DNA of 27,323 nucleotides from a virus (lineage: Duplodnaviria; Heunggongvirae; Uroviricota; Caudoviricetes). The notes beneath the pieces are model-generated. The model was not told where the DNA came from. It searched no databases and was given only the letters and a program-made list of their open reading frames with translations. Location: the IMG/VR virus record IMGVR_UViG_2537561979_000007, positions 1 to 27,323 of that record; one strand, given 5' to 3'. A program made the translations under genes and the position numbers. Of this stretch, positions 16,890-26,700 are shown piece by piece. The stretch's first letter is position 1, and every line of letters begins with the position of its first letter.

Positions 16890-17369
16890 ATATGCCCGGC
16901 AACGATGACCTGAAGGGCATTAACGTGAAATACCGTTATGAATTTACGGACACGCTGGGGCTGGTGACGTCATTCAGTTATGTCAATGCCAAAGATGAGC
17001 AAAAAAACGCATTACAGCGATACCCGCTGGCATGAAGATTCAGTGCGTAACCGCTGGTTCAGCATGATGGCGGGGCCGTCTGTACGCGTGAATGAATGGT
17101 TCAGTGCTTATGCGATGGCAGGTGTGGCTTACAGCCGTGTTTCAACTTTTTCCGGGGATTATCTCCGCGTAACTGACAGCAAGGGGAAAACGCACGATGT
17201 GCTGACTGGAAGTGATGACGGTCGCCACAGCAACACGTCTCTGGCGTGGGGGGCTGGCGTGCAGTTTAACCCGACCGAATCCGTGGCCATTGATATTGCT
17301 TATGAAGGCTCCGGCAGTGGTGACTGGCGCACTGACGGTTTCATCGTGGGTGTCGGTTATAAATTCTGA
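16890..17369 (+). pseudogene. lom: lom-like outer-membrane protein (Ail/Lom/PagC family), 5'-truncated and frameshifted at an A7 tract
   Basis: Lom-like strands (LKGINVKYRYEFTD ... DIAYEGSGSGDWRTDGFIVGVGYKF) split across two frames at the A7 run 17001-17007; no signal peptide; preceded by a 24-nt Rz start (ATGAGCAGAGTCACCGCGATTATC). Confidence 0.72.
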
Positions 17370-17395
17370 TTAGCCAGGTAACACAGTGTTATGAC

Positions 17396-17423
17396 AGCCC
17401 GCCGGTTCAGGCGGGCTTTTTTG
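17396..17423 (+). terminator. Intrinsic terminator after lom
   Basis: AGCCCGCC-GGTTCA-GGCGGGCT hairpin followed by TTTTTT. Confidence 0.7.
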
Positions 17424-17433
17424 TGGAGTGGAT

Positions 17434-19812
17434 ATGGCAGCAGTAAAAATCTCAGGTGTGCTGAAAGATGGTGCGGGAAAACCAATACAGAACTGCACTA
17501 TTCAACTGAAGGCAAAGCGTAACAGCACCACGGTACTGGTGAACACGGTGGCCTCTGAAAATCCGGATGAAGCCGGGCGTTACAGCATGGATGTTGAGCA
17601 TGGCCAGTACAGCGTCATCCTGCTGGTTGAAGGTTTTCCGCCTTCACATGCCGGGACCATTACCGTCTATGAAGGCTCCAGACCAGGTACGCTGAATGAT
17701 TTTCTCGGTGCCATGACGGAAGAGGATGTCATGCCGGAGGCATTGCGTCGTTTTGAGGCAATGGTGGAAGAAGTGGCACGCAACGCCGAAGCCGCCTCTC
17801 AGAGCGCAGCGGCGGCAAAGAAATCCGAAACTGCAGCGGCATCATCGAAGAACGCGGCGAAAACCTCAGAAACGAATGCAGCTAATAGTGCACAGGCGGC
17901 AGCGACCTCAAAGACTGCATCGGCAAACTCCGCGACAGCAGCCAAAAAATCAGAAACCAACGCGAAAAACAGTGAGACAGCCGCAAAGACGAGCGAAACC
18001 AACGCAAAGTCCAGCCAGACGGCAGCGAAAACCAGCGAAACGAATGCTAAAGCCAGTGAAACTGCGGCAAAAAACAGCCAGGCTGCAGCAGCTGAAAGCG
18101 AGAGCGCGGCAGCCGGTTCTGCGACTTCAGCAGCTGGATCAGCAACTGCTGCGGCTAACAGCCAGAAAGCTGCGAAGACGAGTGAAACTAACGCAAAGTC
18201 CAGCCAGACGGCAGCGAAGACCAGCGAAACGAATGCCAAAGCCAGTGAAACTGCGGCGAAAAGCAGTCAGGATGCAGCGGCCCAAAGCGAGAGTGCCGCA
18301 GCCAGTTCTGCAAGCGCGGCGGCTGCTTCTGCCACTGCATCAGCCAACAGTCAAAAAGCTGCAAAAACCAGTGAAACCAACGCAAAGGCGAGCGAGACTG
18401 CGGCGGCTAACTCGGCGAAAGCATCCGCTGCAAGCCAGACGGCTGCAAAAGCAAGTGAAGACGCAGCCAGAGAGTATGCAAGCCAGGCTGCGGAGCCGTA
18501 TAAACAAGTTTTGCAGCCGCTTCCCGATGTGTGGATACCGTTTAACGATTCACTGGATATGATTACGGGGTTTTCGCCGTCATATAAAAAGATTGTTATT
18601 GGTGATGATGAAATAACGATGCCTGGCGATAAGGTTGTAAAGTTTAAACGCGCATCGAAAGCAACCTATATTAATAAATCTGGTGTGCTGACAGAGGCTG
18701 CCATTGACGAGCCACGATTTGAACGTGATGGCCTGCTTATTGAGGGGCAAAGAACTAATCTTCTGCTTAATTCAACAAATCCATCTAAATGGAATAAGTC
18801 AGGCAATCTGGAACTCACAGAAATATCCACGGATTCTTTTAATTTTACTTATGGGAGATTTACTGTAAAAGATACTCTTATTGGTCAAACAAGTGCGATT
18901 AGTATCGTAACGGTTTCTGGCAGTAAAGGATTTGATGTCACAGGTGATGAAAAATATGTGACCATTTCATGCCGTGTCAGAAGTGATGTTGAAAATATAA
19001 GGTGTCGTTTAAGATTTGAACATCATGATGGTTCTACTTACACTTTTTTGGGAGATGCTTACCTCAATTTATCAACACTTGTAATTGATAAAACTGGTGG
19101 TGCAGCAAATCGTATTATTGCAAAGGCTGTAAAAGATGAGGCTACTGGTTGGATTTTCTATCAGGCTACAATTACTGCACTAGATACAGAGAGCATGATT
19201 GGTGCGATGGTTCAATACGCTCCAGTAAAAGGTTCAGACACAGCATCTGGAGACTATCTGGATATCGCAACTCCACAAGTGGAAGGTGGATCAAGTGCTT
19301 CGTCATTTATTGTAACTGATACAACTGCAAGCACCCGCGCAAGCGATATAGTTACAGTTCCAATTAAGAATAATCTTTATAGTCTTCCTTTTACAGTTCT
19401 GGTTGAGGTTCATAAAAACTGGAATAAAACACCAAATGCAGCACCGCGTGTTTTTGATACCGGCGGTCATCAAACCGGAGCGGCTATTATTCTTAGCTTC
19501 GGTTCTTCAGCAGATTACGACGGATTTCCTTATTGCGATATTGGAGGAGCTAACAGACGGGTAAACGAAAACGCATCGCTTGAAAAAATGGTTATGGGGA
19601 TGCGTGTAAAGTCAGATCAGTCTACGTGCTCAGTAAGTAACGGGCGTATATCCAGCGAAACAAAAACCACATGGTCTTATATTCAGAACACCGCAATTAT
19701 CCGTATTGGAGGCCAGACTACAGCCGGGTTACGTCATTTATTTGGTCATGTCAGGAATTTCAGAATATGGCACAAGGCATTGACTGATGCTCAGGTGGGG
19801 GAGTTAATCTAA
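17434..19812 (+). CDS. stf: Side tail fibre protein Stf: lambda-like N-terminus, Ala/Ser/Thr-rich repeat shaft, divergent AT-rich C-terminal receptor-binding domain (possibly LamG/ConA-like)
   Basis: N-terminal MAAVKISGVLKDGAGKPIQNCTIQLKA... resembles lambda Stf; start taken at ATG 17434 after GGAGTG; C-terminal third is visibly AT-rich. Confidence 0.82.
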   Translation: MAAVKISGVLKDGAGKPIQNCTIQLKAKRNSTTVLVNTVASENPDEAGRYSMDVEHGQYSVILLVEGFPPSHAGTITVYEGSRPGTLNDFLGAMTEEDVMPEALRRFEAMVEEVARNAEAASQSAAAAKKSETAAASSKNAAKTSETNAANSAQAAATSKTASANSATAAKKSETNAKNSETAAKTSETNAKSSQTAAKTSETNAKASETAAKNSQAAAAESESAAAGSATSAAGSATAAANSQKAAKTSETNAKSSQTAAKTSETNAKASETAAKSSQDAAAQSESAAASSASAAAASATASANSQKAAKTSETNAKASETAAANSAKASAASQTAAKASEDAAREYASQAAEPYKQVLQPLPDVWIPFNDSLDMITGFSPSYKKIVIGDDEITMPGDKVVKFKRASKATYINKSGVLTEAAIDEPRFERDGLLIEGQRTNLLLNSTNPSKWNKSGNLELTEISTDSFNFTYGRFTVKDTLIGQTSAISIVTVSGSKGFDVTGDEKYVTISCRVRSDVENIRCRLRFEHHDGSTYTFLGDAYLNLSTLVIDKTGGAANRIIAKAVKDEATGWIFYQATITALDTESMIGAMVQYAPVKGSDTASGDYLDIATPQVEGGSSASSFIVTDTTASTRASDIVTVPIKNNLYSLPFTVLVEVHKNWNKTPNAAPRVFDTGGHQTGAAIILSFGSSADYDGFPYCDIGGANRRVNENASLEKMVMGMRVKSDQSTCSVSNGRISSETKTTWSYIQNTAIIRIGGQTTAGLRHLFGHVRNFRIWHKALTDAQVGELI
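17998..18375 (+). repeat. In-frame tandem duplication (2 x 189 bp) in the stf shaft region
   Basis: aacgcaaagtccagccagacggcagcgaa... recurs 189 bp apart (from about 18001 and 18190), encoding two 63-aa TNAKSSQTAAKTSETNAKASETAAK... units. Confidence 0.6.
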
Positions 19813-20093
19813 TGAAAGATTTAACACTCAAATTTGTCGACAGGGCCGACTTTTCGGCCTTTATGGAGAGTATCGGCTATTATGATGATGAGTCGATGCA
19901 GGATGATATTCTTATTGACGTGATAGGTAACGTGTACAAAGAAACCGGAGAACTTACCGAAGATGGCGAGCCGGTATGTGTTAAGGAAGACGGATATTTT
20001 GTAAACGTGCGCATCATTAATGATGCAAAAAAATCGTCAATATTCGATAAATACGCGATTGTTGTTGAGCATCAACTTCGTGGCTGGATGTGA
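19812..20093 (+). CDS. Hypothetical protein between the tail-fibre genes, possibly a fibre assembly/chaperone protein (93 aa)
   Basis: TAATG overlap with the stf stop; function inferred from position only. Confidence 0.45.
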   Translation: MKDLTLKFVDRADFSAFMESIGYYDDESMQDDILIDVIGNVYKETGELTEDGEPVCVKEDGYFVNVRIINDAKKSSIFDKYAIVVEHQLRGWM

Positions 20094-20102
20094 GGGAGAC
20101 AA

Positions 20103-21143
20103 ATGGCTACATCGACAGTAATTCCTGAAGACATCAAAACGCTAAAATCCGACGTTAGCAAATTAAAAAACGATCAAGGAAGCTACGCAACAAAATCTTA
20201 TGTAGACAATAAAACAACATGGAATGGTTATTGCAATGTAATCTATGATCAAAAAACATTGCCAACAACTGGAACTATATTCAGCGGTAAGCTGCATTTG
20301 TCAAATAAGACTGGTGAAACGGAAAACGCTTATAGTGACATATATACCAGAAAAAATATTGATGGTACTAAAGATACAATGACGAGGATCGTCACACATA
20401 ACGGGACAAAAGGTATCTTTTGGGACTTTAGTGATCTTTACGGAGGAACTTTAATTTTCCCTGGCACTGCTGGTTATTTGAAAATGGGTAAGTGCCTCAT
20501 GTCCTATGGGGATCGTGTAGATAATGCCCTGATTAAATTTGATTATACAGACACATTACAGATCAAATATGCTAATCACGGGTCGACCATGACATTAAAC
20601 ACACAGGGAACCGCTTATGCTGGTGTTACTGCTAAATTGTGGGGCAACTCTAGCCGTCCGGTTGTTTATGAAGTCGGTGTTGATGGTGGCGCTTATATGT
20701 TCTATGCGCAGAAAAATACCGATAACACCTATATGTTAAGCGTTAATGGTGCATGTCATGCCACCGCATTTAACCAGCATTCCGACCGGGATCTGAAAGA
20801 CAACATTCAGGTGATCAATAATGCAACCGACCGCATCCGTAAAATGAACGGCTATACATACACGCTTAAAGAAAACGGTATGCCCTATGCTGGTGTCATT
20901 GCACAGGAAGCTCTGGAAGCAATCCCAGAAGTTGTAGGTTCCGCAATGAAATATCAGGACGGTGCAAGCGGATCGGAAGGTGAAGAAGGTGAACGTTATT
21001 ACACAGTAGATTATTCTGGTGTTACTGGCTTGCTTGTTCAGGTAGCCAGAGAGTCAGACGACAGAATAACAGCACTGGAAGAAGAAAATGCAGAATTAAA
21101 ACAAAGATTATCTGCAATTGAGGCGACGCTTGCGTCTAAATAA
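20103..21143 (+). CDS. Tail fibre/spike protein with C-terminal peptidase-S74-like intramolecular chaperone domain (346 aa)
   Basis: SDRDLKDNI followed by GVIAQE and a terminal coiled coil (ALEEENAELKQRL), as in self-cleaving fibre chaperone domains; GAGGGAG SD. Confidence 0.72.
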   Translation: MATSTVIPEDIKTLKSDVSKLKNDQGSYATKSYVDNKTTWNGYCNVIYDQKTLPTTGTIFSGKLHLSNKTGETENAYSDIYTRKNIDGTKDTMTRIVTHNGTKGIFWDFSDLYGGTLIFPGTAGYLKMGKCLMSYGDRVDNALIKFDYTDTLQIKYANHGSTMTLNTQGTAYAGVTAKLWGNSSRPVVYEVGVDGGAYMFYAQKNTDNTYMLSVNGACHATAFNQHSDRDLKDNIQVINNATDRIRKMNGYTYTLKENGMPYAGVIAQEALEAIPEVVGSAMKYQDGASGSEGEEGERYYTVDYSGVTGLLVQVARESDDRITALEEENAELKQRLSAIEATLASK

Positions 21144-21149
21144 TATTAA

Positions 21150-21172
21150 GGGGCCGAGCGCCCCGTTTTATT
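21150..21172 (+). terminator. Intrinsic terminator after the tail-fibre gene
   Basis: GGGGC-CGAGC-GCCCC hairpin followed by GTTTTATT. Confidence 0.5.
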
Positions 21173-21179
21173 GGGTAGG

Positions 21180-21479
21180 ATGAAAATGGATATAACACCT
21201 TTCCTTCATGCACTTTGTGCTGTGGCTGCGCAGGTACTGGTTGGTCTTTTTACCGGAAACTGGGCTTACGGGGCGATAGCCGGTTGTACGTTCTTCATTG
21301 CTCGTGAACATACCCAGGCAGAATATCGCTGGATTGAAATGTTCGGGCATGGCAAGCGTATGAATATGCCGTGGTGGGGTGGTTTTGATCCGCGCGTGTG
21401 GGATGTGGCAAGCCTGATGGATTTTTCTGTGCCGGTGGTGGCTTGTCTGCTGGTCTGGCTGTTGGTTAATCGTGGGTGA
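21180..21479 (+). CDS. Hypothetical small membrane protein (about 100 aa)
   Basis: ORF with two hydrophobic segments; start uncertain (TTG 21171 in the track, ATG at 21180 or 21186). Confidence 0.45.
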   Translation: MKMDITPFLHALCAVAAQVLVGLFTGNWAYGAIAGCTFFIAREHTQAEYRWIEMFGHGKRMNMPWWGGFDPRVWDVASLMDFSVPVVACLLVWLLVNRG

Positions 21480-21952
21480 AAAAGGGAGTTGTAAACGCAA
21501 CACAGGAAGAGGTGCCGCTTCAGGTTGCTGGGAATAAGCGCCGGGGTCTGTTAAATCATGCCAATACGCTAATCGAGCCAGATATTGAGTAGCCTGCAGT
21601 CCGTCATGGCGTAATCGTTTTGTGATATGCTGCACGCCGTATGCAAGGAGCATGATTGCGCTCGACTGGCGAGCGCTCGATAGTGCTACTATTGAATGAT
21701 TGCTAGTCTAGGCGGATTGTACTTAAGTAATATGACGGTTCAAGGCGTTTAATCTGAAACCAGCCACATATTAGCCTTTTCAAACATTTCCTGAACACTC
21801 AGGCTTACCTGCTCTTTCTCGTGCTTGCTGGCATTTGTGTTGAGCGCCGGTGAATACTCTTACTCAACACTCCCAGAATTATATCTGTTGCATCAGGCAG
21901 ACCATCAAAATTCTTTTGTCATAAACGAGTTCCACGAATAATGTGCCCTATG

Positions 21953-21971
21953 GTAGGGCACTATTGATATG
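21953..21971 (-). terminator. Putative terminator hairpin downstream of the minus-strand gene 22025..22819
   Basis: Perfect palindrome GTGCCCTA-TGG-TAGGGCAC, followed on the minus strand by ATTATT (weak U-tract). Confidence 0.4.
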
Positions 21972-22024
21972 AATGAGTAGCTAAAAAGATTTTTCGTTAT
22001 GTATTAATGTATCTGTCACTTATT

Positions 22025-22819
22025 TTATAGTAAAGATGATATGCCAGCAAGAAATGGAGTAAATACTGTAATGTGTGCAGATACATTATTAATAAAGTCC
22101 TTATATGCTTCTTTAAAACAGCCGCTTTGGTGACTGGCTGCCAGTGCCTGTACATTATCTATAAGGTGTGATTCTGTCGCGCCATCAAAGTTTTTCGATT
22201 TTATTGCCTCAATCATTTCATTAAATATTGTGGGCTCATTATAATTTGTCGTAGTAGTTGCCGTAGCACCTGAAGAATGTATATTGATACTAGAACCGGA
22301 AATTCCACTGACATGAATATTAGCTTCTTGTTTCATAAGAGGTAAACCATTCTCCATCTTGTATAGGTCACTATCTTGTAGCATCTGCAATGTGATACGT
22401 ACTGCTGCTAATAGTTGTTCTTGCTTTTTGAATAAGGAACACATCTGTTCTACAGACCAAAGCTGAACTGCATTTTCTTCGCATGTTTTTTTAGCTATAT
22501 TTGGCACTTCCGAATCATAATTACCATAAACCCAAGTGTCCTTGAATCTTTCGATAATAGCTGTCAACGTTGGAAATTTACTGAAATCACTATTAATGGA
22601 TAGTAACTCATCAGACATATAAAGTGCCATATCTCTGCCTTCCGCATATACTGCTTCCACTTTATTCCGTGTTGCAAATGGTATTCTTGAAATAAAACGA
22701 AAATCCTCTTCATTTTTTAAATGGACCCAGTCTTTATCAAAACGGCTAAATTCGTACCCTATCGATAACAGTCTACTTATATATTGGGCTACTGATTCCA
22801 AATCTTTTCTTATGTCCAA
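22025..22819 (-). CDS. Hypothetical protein, AT-rich orphan (264 aa from TTG 22819; 271 aa from TTG 22840)
   Basis: Long ORF with no in-frame ATG for about 70 codons; AGGAGT lies 6 nt before TTG at 22817-22819; terminator-like palindrome downstream; no family recognised. Confidence 0.55.
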   Translation of the reverse strand: MDIRKDLESVAQYISRLLSIGYEFSRFDKDWVHLKNEEDFRFISRIPFATRNKVEAVYAEGRDMALYMSDELLSINSDFSKFPTLTAIIERFKDTWVYGNYDSEVPNIAKKTCEENAVQLWSVEQMCSLFKKQEQLLAAVRITLQMLQDSDLYKMENGLPLMKQEANIHVSGISGSSINIHSSGATATTTTNYNEPTIFNEMIEAIKSKNFDGATESHLIDNVQALAASHQSGCFKEAYKDFINNVSAHITVFTPFLAGISSLL

Positions 22820-23289
22820 AGTATTACTCCTGCTTGTCAACCGAATCTGTCGGTTTTCTTACAAATGGCTTGTCTTTAAAGTTCTGATTAAAAAGACGCT
22901 AACCAATACTTAATAATACATGAAAAAAAAGCGCATAAGCTGGCTTTTTTATCAATCGGGAACTGCGGCCCCTTTGCGTATCCTTTTTTGTTTCTTCACC
23001 GTCTGGTCGGTGTTCTGCTGAGACTGCTAATTTCCTGTTTTTGCTAGTGCTGTCTTGGCACTGTCCATCGTGATTGGTGGACTGGTGAAGTTGAAACCGC
23101 AGACACGTCGTATGCAAGAACGTGCTGCGGCTGGCTGGTGAACTTCCGATAGTGCGAGTATTGAATGATTTACAGCCGTTATTGATTTTACATATTTTTT
23201 GTATGAAAGGATTAGCGCCTCCTCCCACCGATCCTCCATGACTTTACGCCACTGTCTCTAGGACTGCTATGTGCTAGGAACGGACATAG

Positions 23290-23652
23290 AAAACACGATG
23301 TTATAAGATTAGGTGCATCTATCCGATAGTATTCATTGGACGTGATGATCGTACTAAGCCGATCTCAAAGGAAAGCATTAATCAGGTAATTGAGCTATTA
23401 GGATAAAAAGGAAGGCTGACGGGGCATGGTTTTCGTCACACAATGAGTACCATTCTGCACGAAGAAGGATTCAACTCTGCATGTTTCGAAACACAACTTG
23501 CACATGTGGATAAGAACGCTATTCTCGGGGCTTACAATCATGCACAGTATTTGGAAGGGAGACAACAGATGATGCAGTGGTATAGTGAATACATAGATAG
23601 CTTGTCTAGAAATAGACTTCCGCAATTTTTTCTTCAAAAAAAGGCAGTATGA
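23290..23652 (+). pseudogene. C-terminal remnant of a P4-type tyrosine integrase (5'-truncated, in-frame stop at 23404)
   Basis: ...GRDDRTKPISKESINQVIELLG*KGRLTGHGFRHTMSTILHEEGFNSACFETQLAHVDKNAILGAYNHAQYLEGRQQMMQWY matches the C-terminal catalytic region of P4-type integrases by recollection (HGFRHT box, AYNHA Tyr box); about 280 N-terminal residues absent. Confidence 0.65.
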
Positions 23653-23714
23653 ACAATAAATCTAGTTGATGCATACAAAGGTTTATTGTCGATAGCAAGA
23701 GGAGCGTCAAAATC

Positions 23715-26700
23715 ATGAATGTACAGAAAACCAAATTTTCATCTAAAGAATTTCTAAGGCGCCGTCGCCCTGAAAAATTTTCTGATTCAACAATCAGAGA
23801 GACTGGTACTTTAGACAGAGTTGTACTGGAACACTTCCTCTCTACGCTAAATACAAGAAATCAAGAACTACAATTCGAAGATTTTGCAAAAAAAATATGT
23901 GAAAAAATAATTTGCCCTAATCTCCTTGAACAAACTGGCCCTGTAGCAGGGGGGGATGGTAAAACTGACACACAAACATTCCCTGTTTCAGAACAGAATA
24001 AGCTTCTTTGGTTCGAAGGCGTTAATGAAGCATCAAATAGAGAACGCTGGGCCTTTGCGGTAAGTACACGTAAAGACTGGAAGAAAAAATGCCATGAAGA
24101 TGTACTTAAGATAAAAGAAACAGAACGTGGGTATGCTAAAGTATTTTGCGTAACGAACCAGTCTGCAAAGTCCAATATTCGTTCAGAGGTTGAGGATACA
24201 CTAAAAACAAAAACTGGAATAGATGTTCGTATATTAGATATTAATTGGCTATTAGATCAAATTTACAAAAATAATTTTGAGCAATTGGCCATTGATTCAT
24301 TGTCAGTTCCAACGCAATATAAAAGAGAAGTTATTTTTGGAGAAAATGATTATAAAAAGCATAAAAAATATGAAGAGTTAACCGAGTATATTAGAGAGAA
24401 AATAAACCCTGCTGAAATTTCATATGAACAGGTGGATATTTTTTTAGAAATTGCAGAGTTAAGCGCTGAACTTGAGAAACCACTAATTGAAACACAAGGT
24501 CTATTTGAAAGAGCTATAAAAATATCAAAGAAATTCGGGACTAATCAACAATTGCTAGATGCGTATTATCAATATGCCTGGAAGTCTCATTTTTGGATGG
24601 AAGATTTTAATCTCTTTGAAGAAAATCTTCAATTTGCATATGAAAGTATTGCATCATCAACTAATTCCTCAAAATGGGAGAAAGTTTTAAATTTAGTAAC
24701 CGTTCATAAAAGTTATATTAGACTTAACAACGCAACATCTACAATCGATATTGAGAATATTGAACGTAACATGCTCGCTAAACTAGATGAGATAGCTGAC
24801 GATGAATCACGTCCCAGTAATGCACTCACAGCGAGAACTCACAAAGCTATTTATAAATTGACAACGTTTTCAGATGTAGAAGATGCTTCGGTTGTATTTG
24901 AAGAGTTACATGAAATTTTTAAAAATAGTGGAAATTTAATAGGCTATTCCTTTGAGAAGAACTTCCAACTTTTGAACGAACTGGATGACATTTTTTTCGA
25001 GGTAGATGCATATGAAAATTTATTAGACTATATGACTGAGCAATCTGCTGTTAGAGGTGGTGAAGTTAAAGGGGCATTATTAAATCTACGAAGAGGTATA
25101 AAGAGGATTCAAAATGGTCACCCTTATCAGGCAATCAAGTATTTAGGAAAATCATTTATACCACTCTATAAAGAGGAATCACGAGATAAATTTATATTAG
25201 CATTAAAAGCTATTGCTTATGCTTACGAATCCATTGGGTTGCTATGGAGTTCACGTTCATGCTTGCTTCTATCCGCTTCTTTGATTACAGATAACTACTG
25301 GAAGTATGATGAGATATCATTAAAGCAGGCTGAGATTTATTATAGTTTATGCCTGGCAGAAATAAAACTAGGGAAATTAGCACATGCTCTTTTATGGTAT
25401 GAACTGTTTTTAATAATTAACCAAAATATCAGTGATAGCTCGTTCGGCGATAAAGAAAATCAGCAAGTTGATTTTTACATAAGTCAACTCATTTTGAACA
25501 CTGACCTAAATGGAATAAATCGACAGAGTAATATTCCCGATGAACTCGATAGATTAGGTCTTTTTGTATCATCTGGATGTCTTAAATATGCTTTAGGTTA
25601 TATTGAAAATTTTGAACATGAGTACGAAGTTACTGCCGATAAAGATCATAATGATTTCTTGCAAAAAATACGTGACTTTGATGCTGGATTCAATAGTAAA
25701 GGCATAAAAGATAACTATGATAAACGAGGAATATATACATCTTTTATTTTTGGATGCACTATAGAAATTAACTTTCCGAATCGGTCACCATTTATAGAGT
25801 TTTCAACTAGTATCTTAGCGCTTTTAGAGAGTGCTTTTGCAACTTGTACGATTGATAACATCCATCTGAAAGAAGCATTTTTAATTATTGAAGTAATAGC
25901 AGATGATGAAGATGACTTCTCCTTATCACATGAAATAAATAGCAATAATGGAAAACTAAACCTTACTATAAATTGCAATGGTTTTGAAACAAGTGCATTT
26001 AGAGTCGATGTTCAACAAAAAATTACTAATGAATTCAAGAAAATAGTATTTGATCTTCTCCCTGAGTTATTTTTTATAAAAAATACAGAATACATTGAAA
26101 GAATGATATTCGAAGATGCTGCATTTGACAGAGCAATTAGTTTCGGTGCCTGTATCAAAGCTATTGAAAATGTTCTTGGAAATGATATTGATCAACAAAT
26201 TAAGAAAATTTATTCCACCAGTACTGAAAAGAAAACTTACCCTCTTTTAAGAGATAAACCCTGGGATAGTGAATTTCCAAAAGTGTTGGAGATCGAGGAT
26301 GTAAATGTTCCAACACCTGGTAAAGGAATAATGCCTGAAGAGGAACTTAATTCCGAAAATATAACGCATAAAGATTATTCAATACAAAGTCTAATCAAAC
26401 CTCGTCTATGGGATAGAACACGCTGGCAAGGAGTAGGCTTCGCTCAATTAAAATCGTGTTATCCAGGGTTATATCTATTATTTAAACACCCCGATATAGG
26501 TGAGGATATTTTTAAAGATCTTATATCATCAGTAGGCTTGGTAGATAGTAAAGCCAGATTACGGGTTTGTATTGTCAAGGGTATTTCAGTTAAAAACCCA
26601 AATCATTATAGAGTACTGATATCTGAAAATATGATGACAACGCCATTAACTAAAAGAATGACAATGATCAGTAGAATTAATACGATGACTCCTGATAGTA

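Larger units (their letters stand above)
1445..21480. mobile_element. Lambdoid prophage at thrW, apparently defective (no packaging/head/tail genes); right boundary unresolved and may extend beyond 21480
   Basis: Integrase ends 14 nt after the tRNA; modules follow in lambdoid order (int/xis, early-left, immunity, replication, nin, Q, lysis, lom, stf, tail fibre); no attR copy of the tRNA 3' end seen in the window. Confidence 0.7.

Noticed and set aside
17726-18562. 278-aa Arg/Gln/Pro-rich plus-strand ORF and the antisense 146-aa ORF (17799..18239) inside the stf repeat region
   Set aside because: Alternate-frame and antisense artefacts of the GC-rich Ala/Ser/Thr-encoding repeats of stf; low-complexity products, fully nested in a well-supported gene.
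21168-21653. Minus-strand 161-aa ORF overlapping the 21180..21479 gene
   Set aside because: His/Pro/Thr-rich low-complexity product, no SD, largely antisense to a hydrophobic plus-strand ORF; most likely spurious.
22961-23135. GC-rich patch with a short frame encoding a membrane-helix-like peptide (LALSIVIGGLVKLKPQTRRMQERAAAGW)
   Set aside because: No ATG start, under 35 codons, no SD; may be a gene remnant but cannot be supported as a feature.
23930-23965. Possible Walker A P-loop (GPVAGGDGKT) in the 1083-aa protein
   Set aside because: Does not fit GxxxxGK[ST] spacing and no Walker B follows; interpreted instead as part of an Mrr-like nuclease motif, which itself remains a hypothesis.
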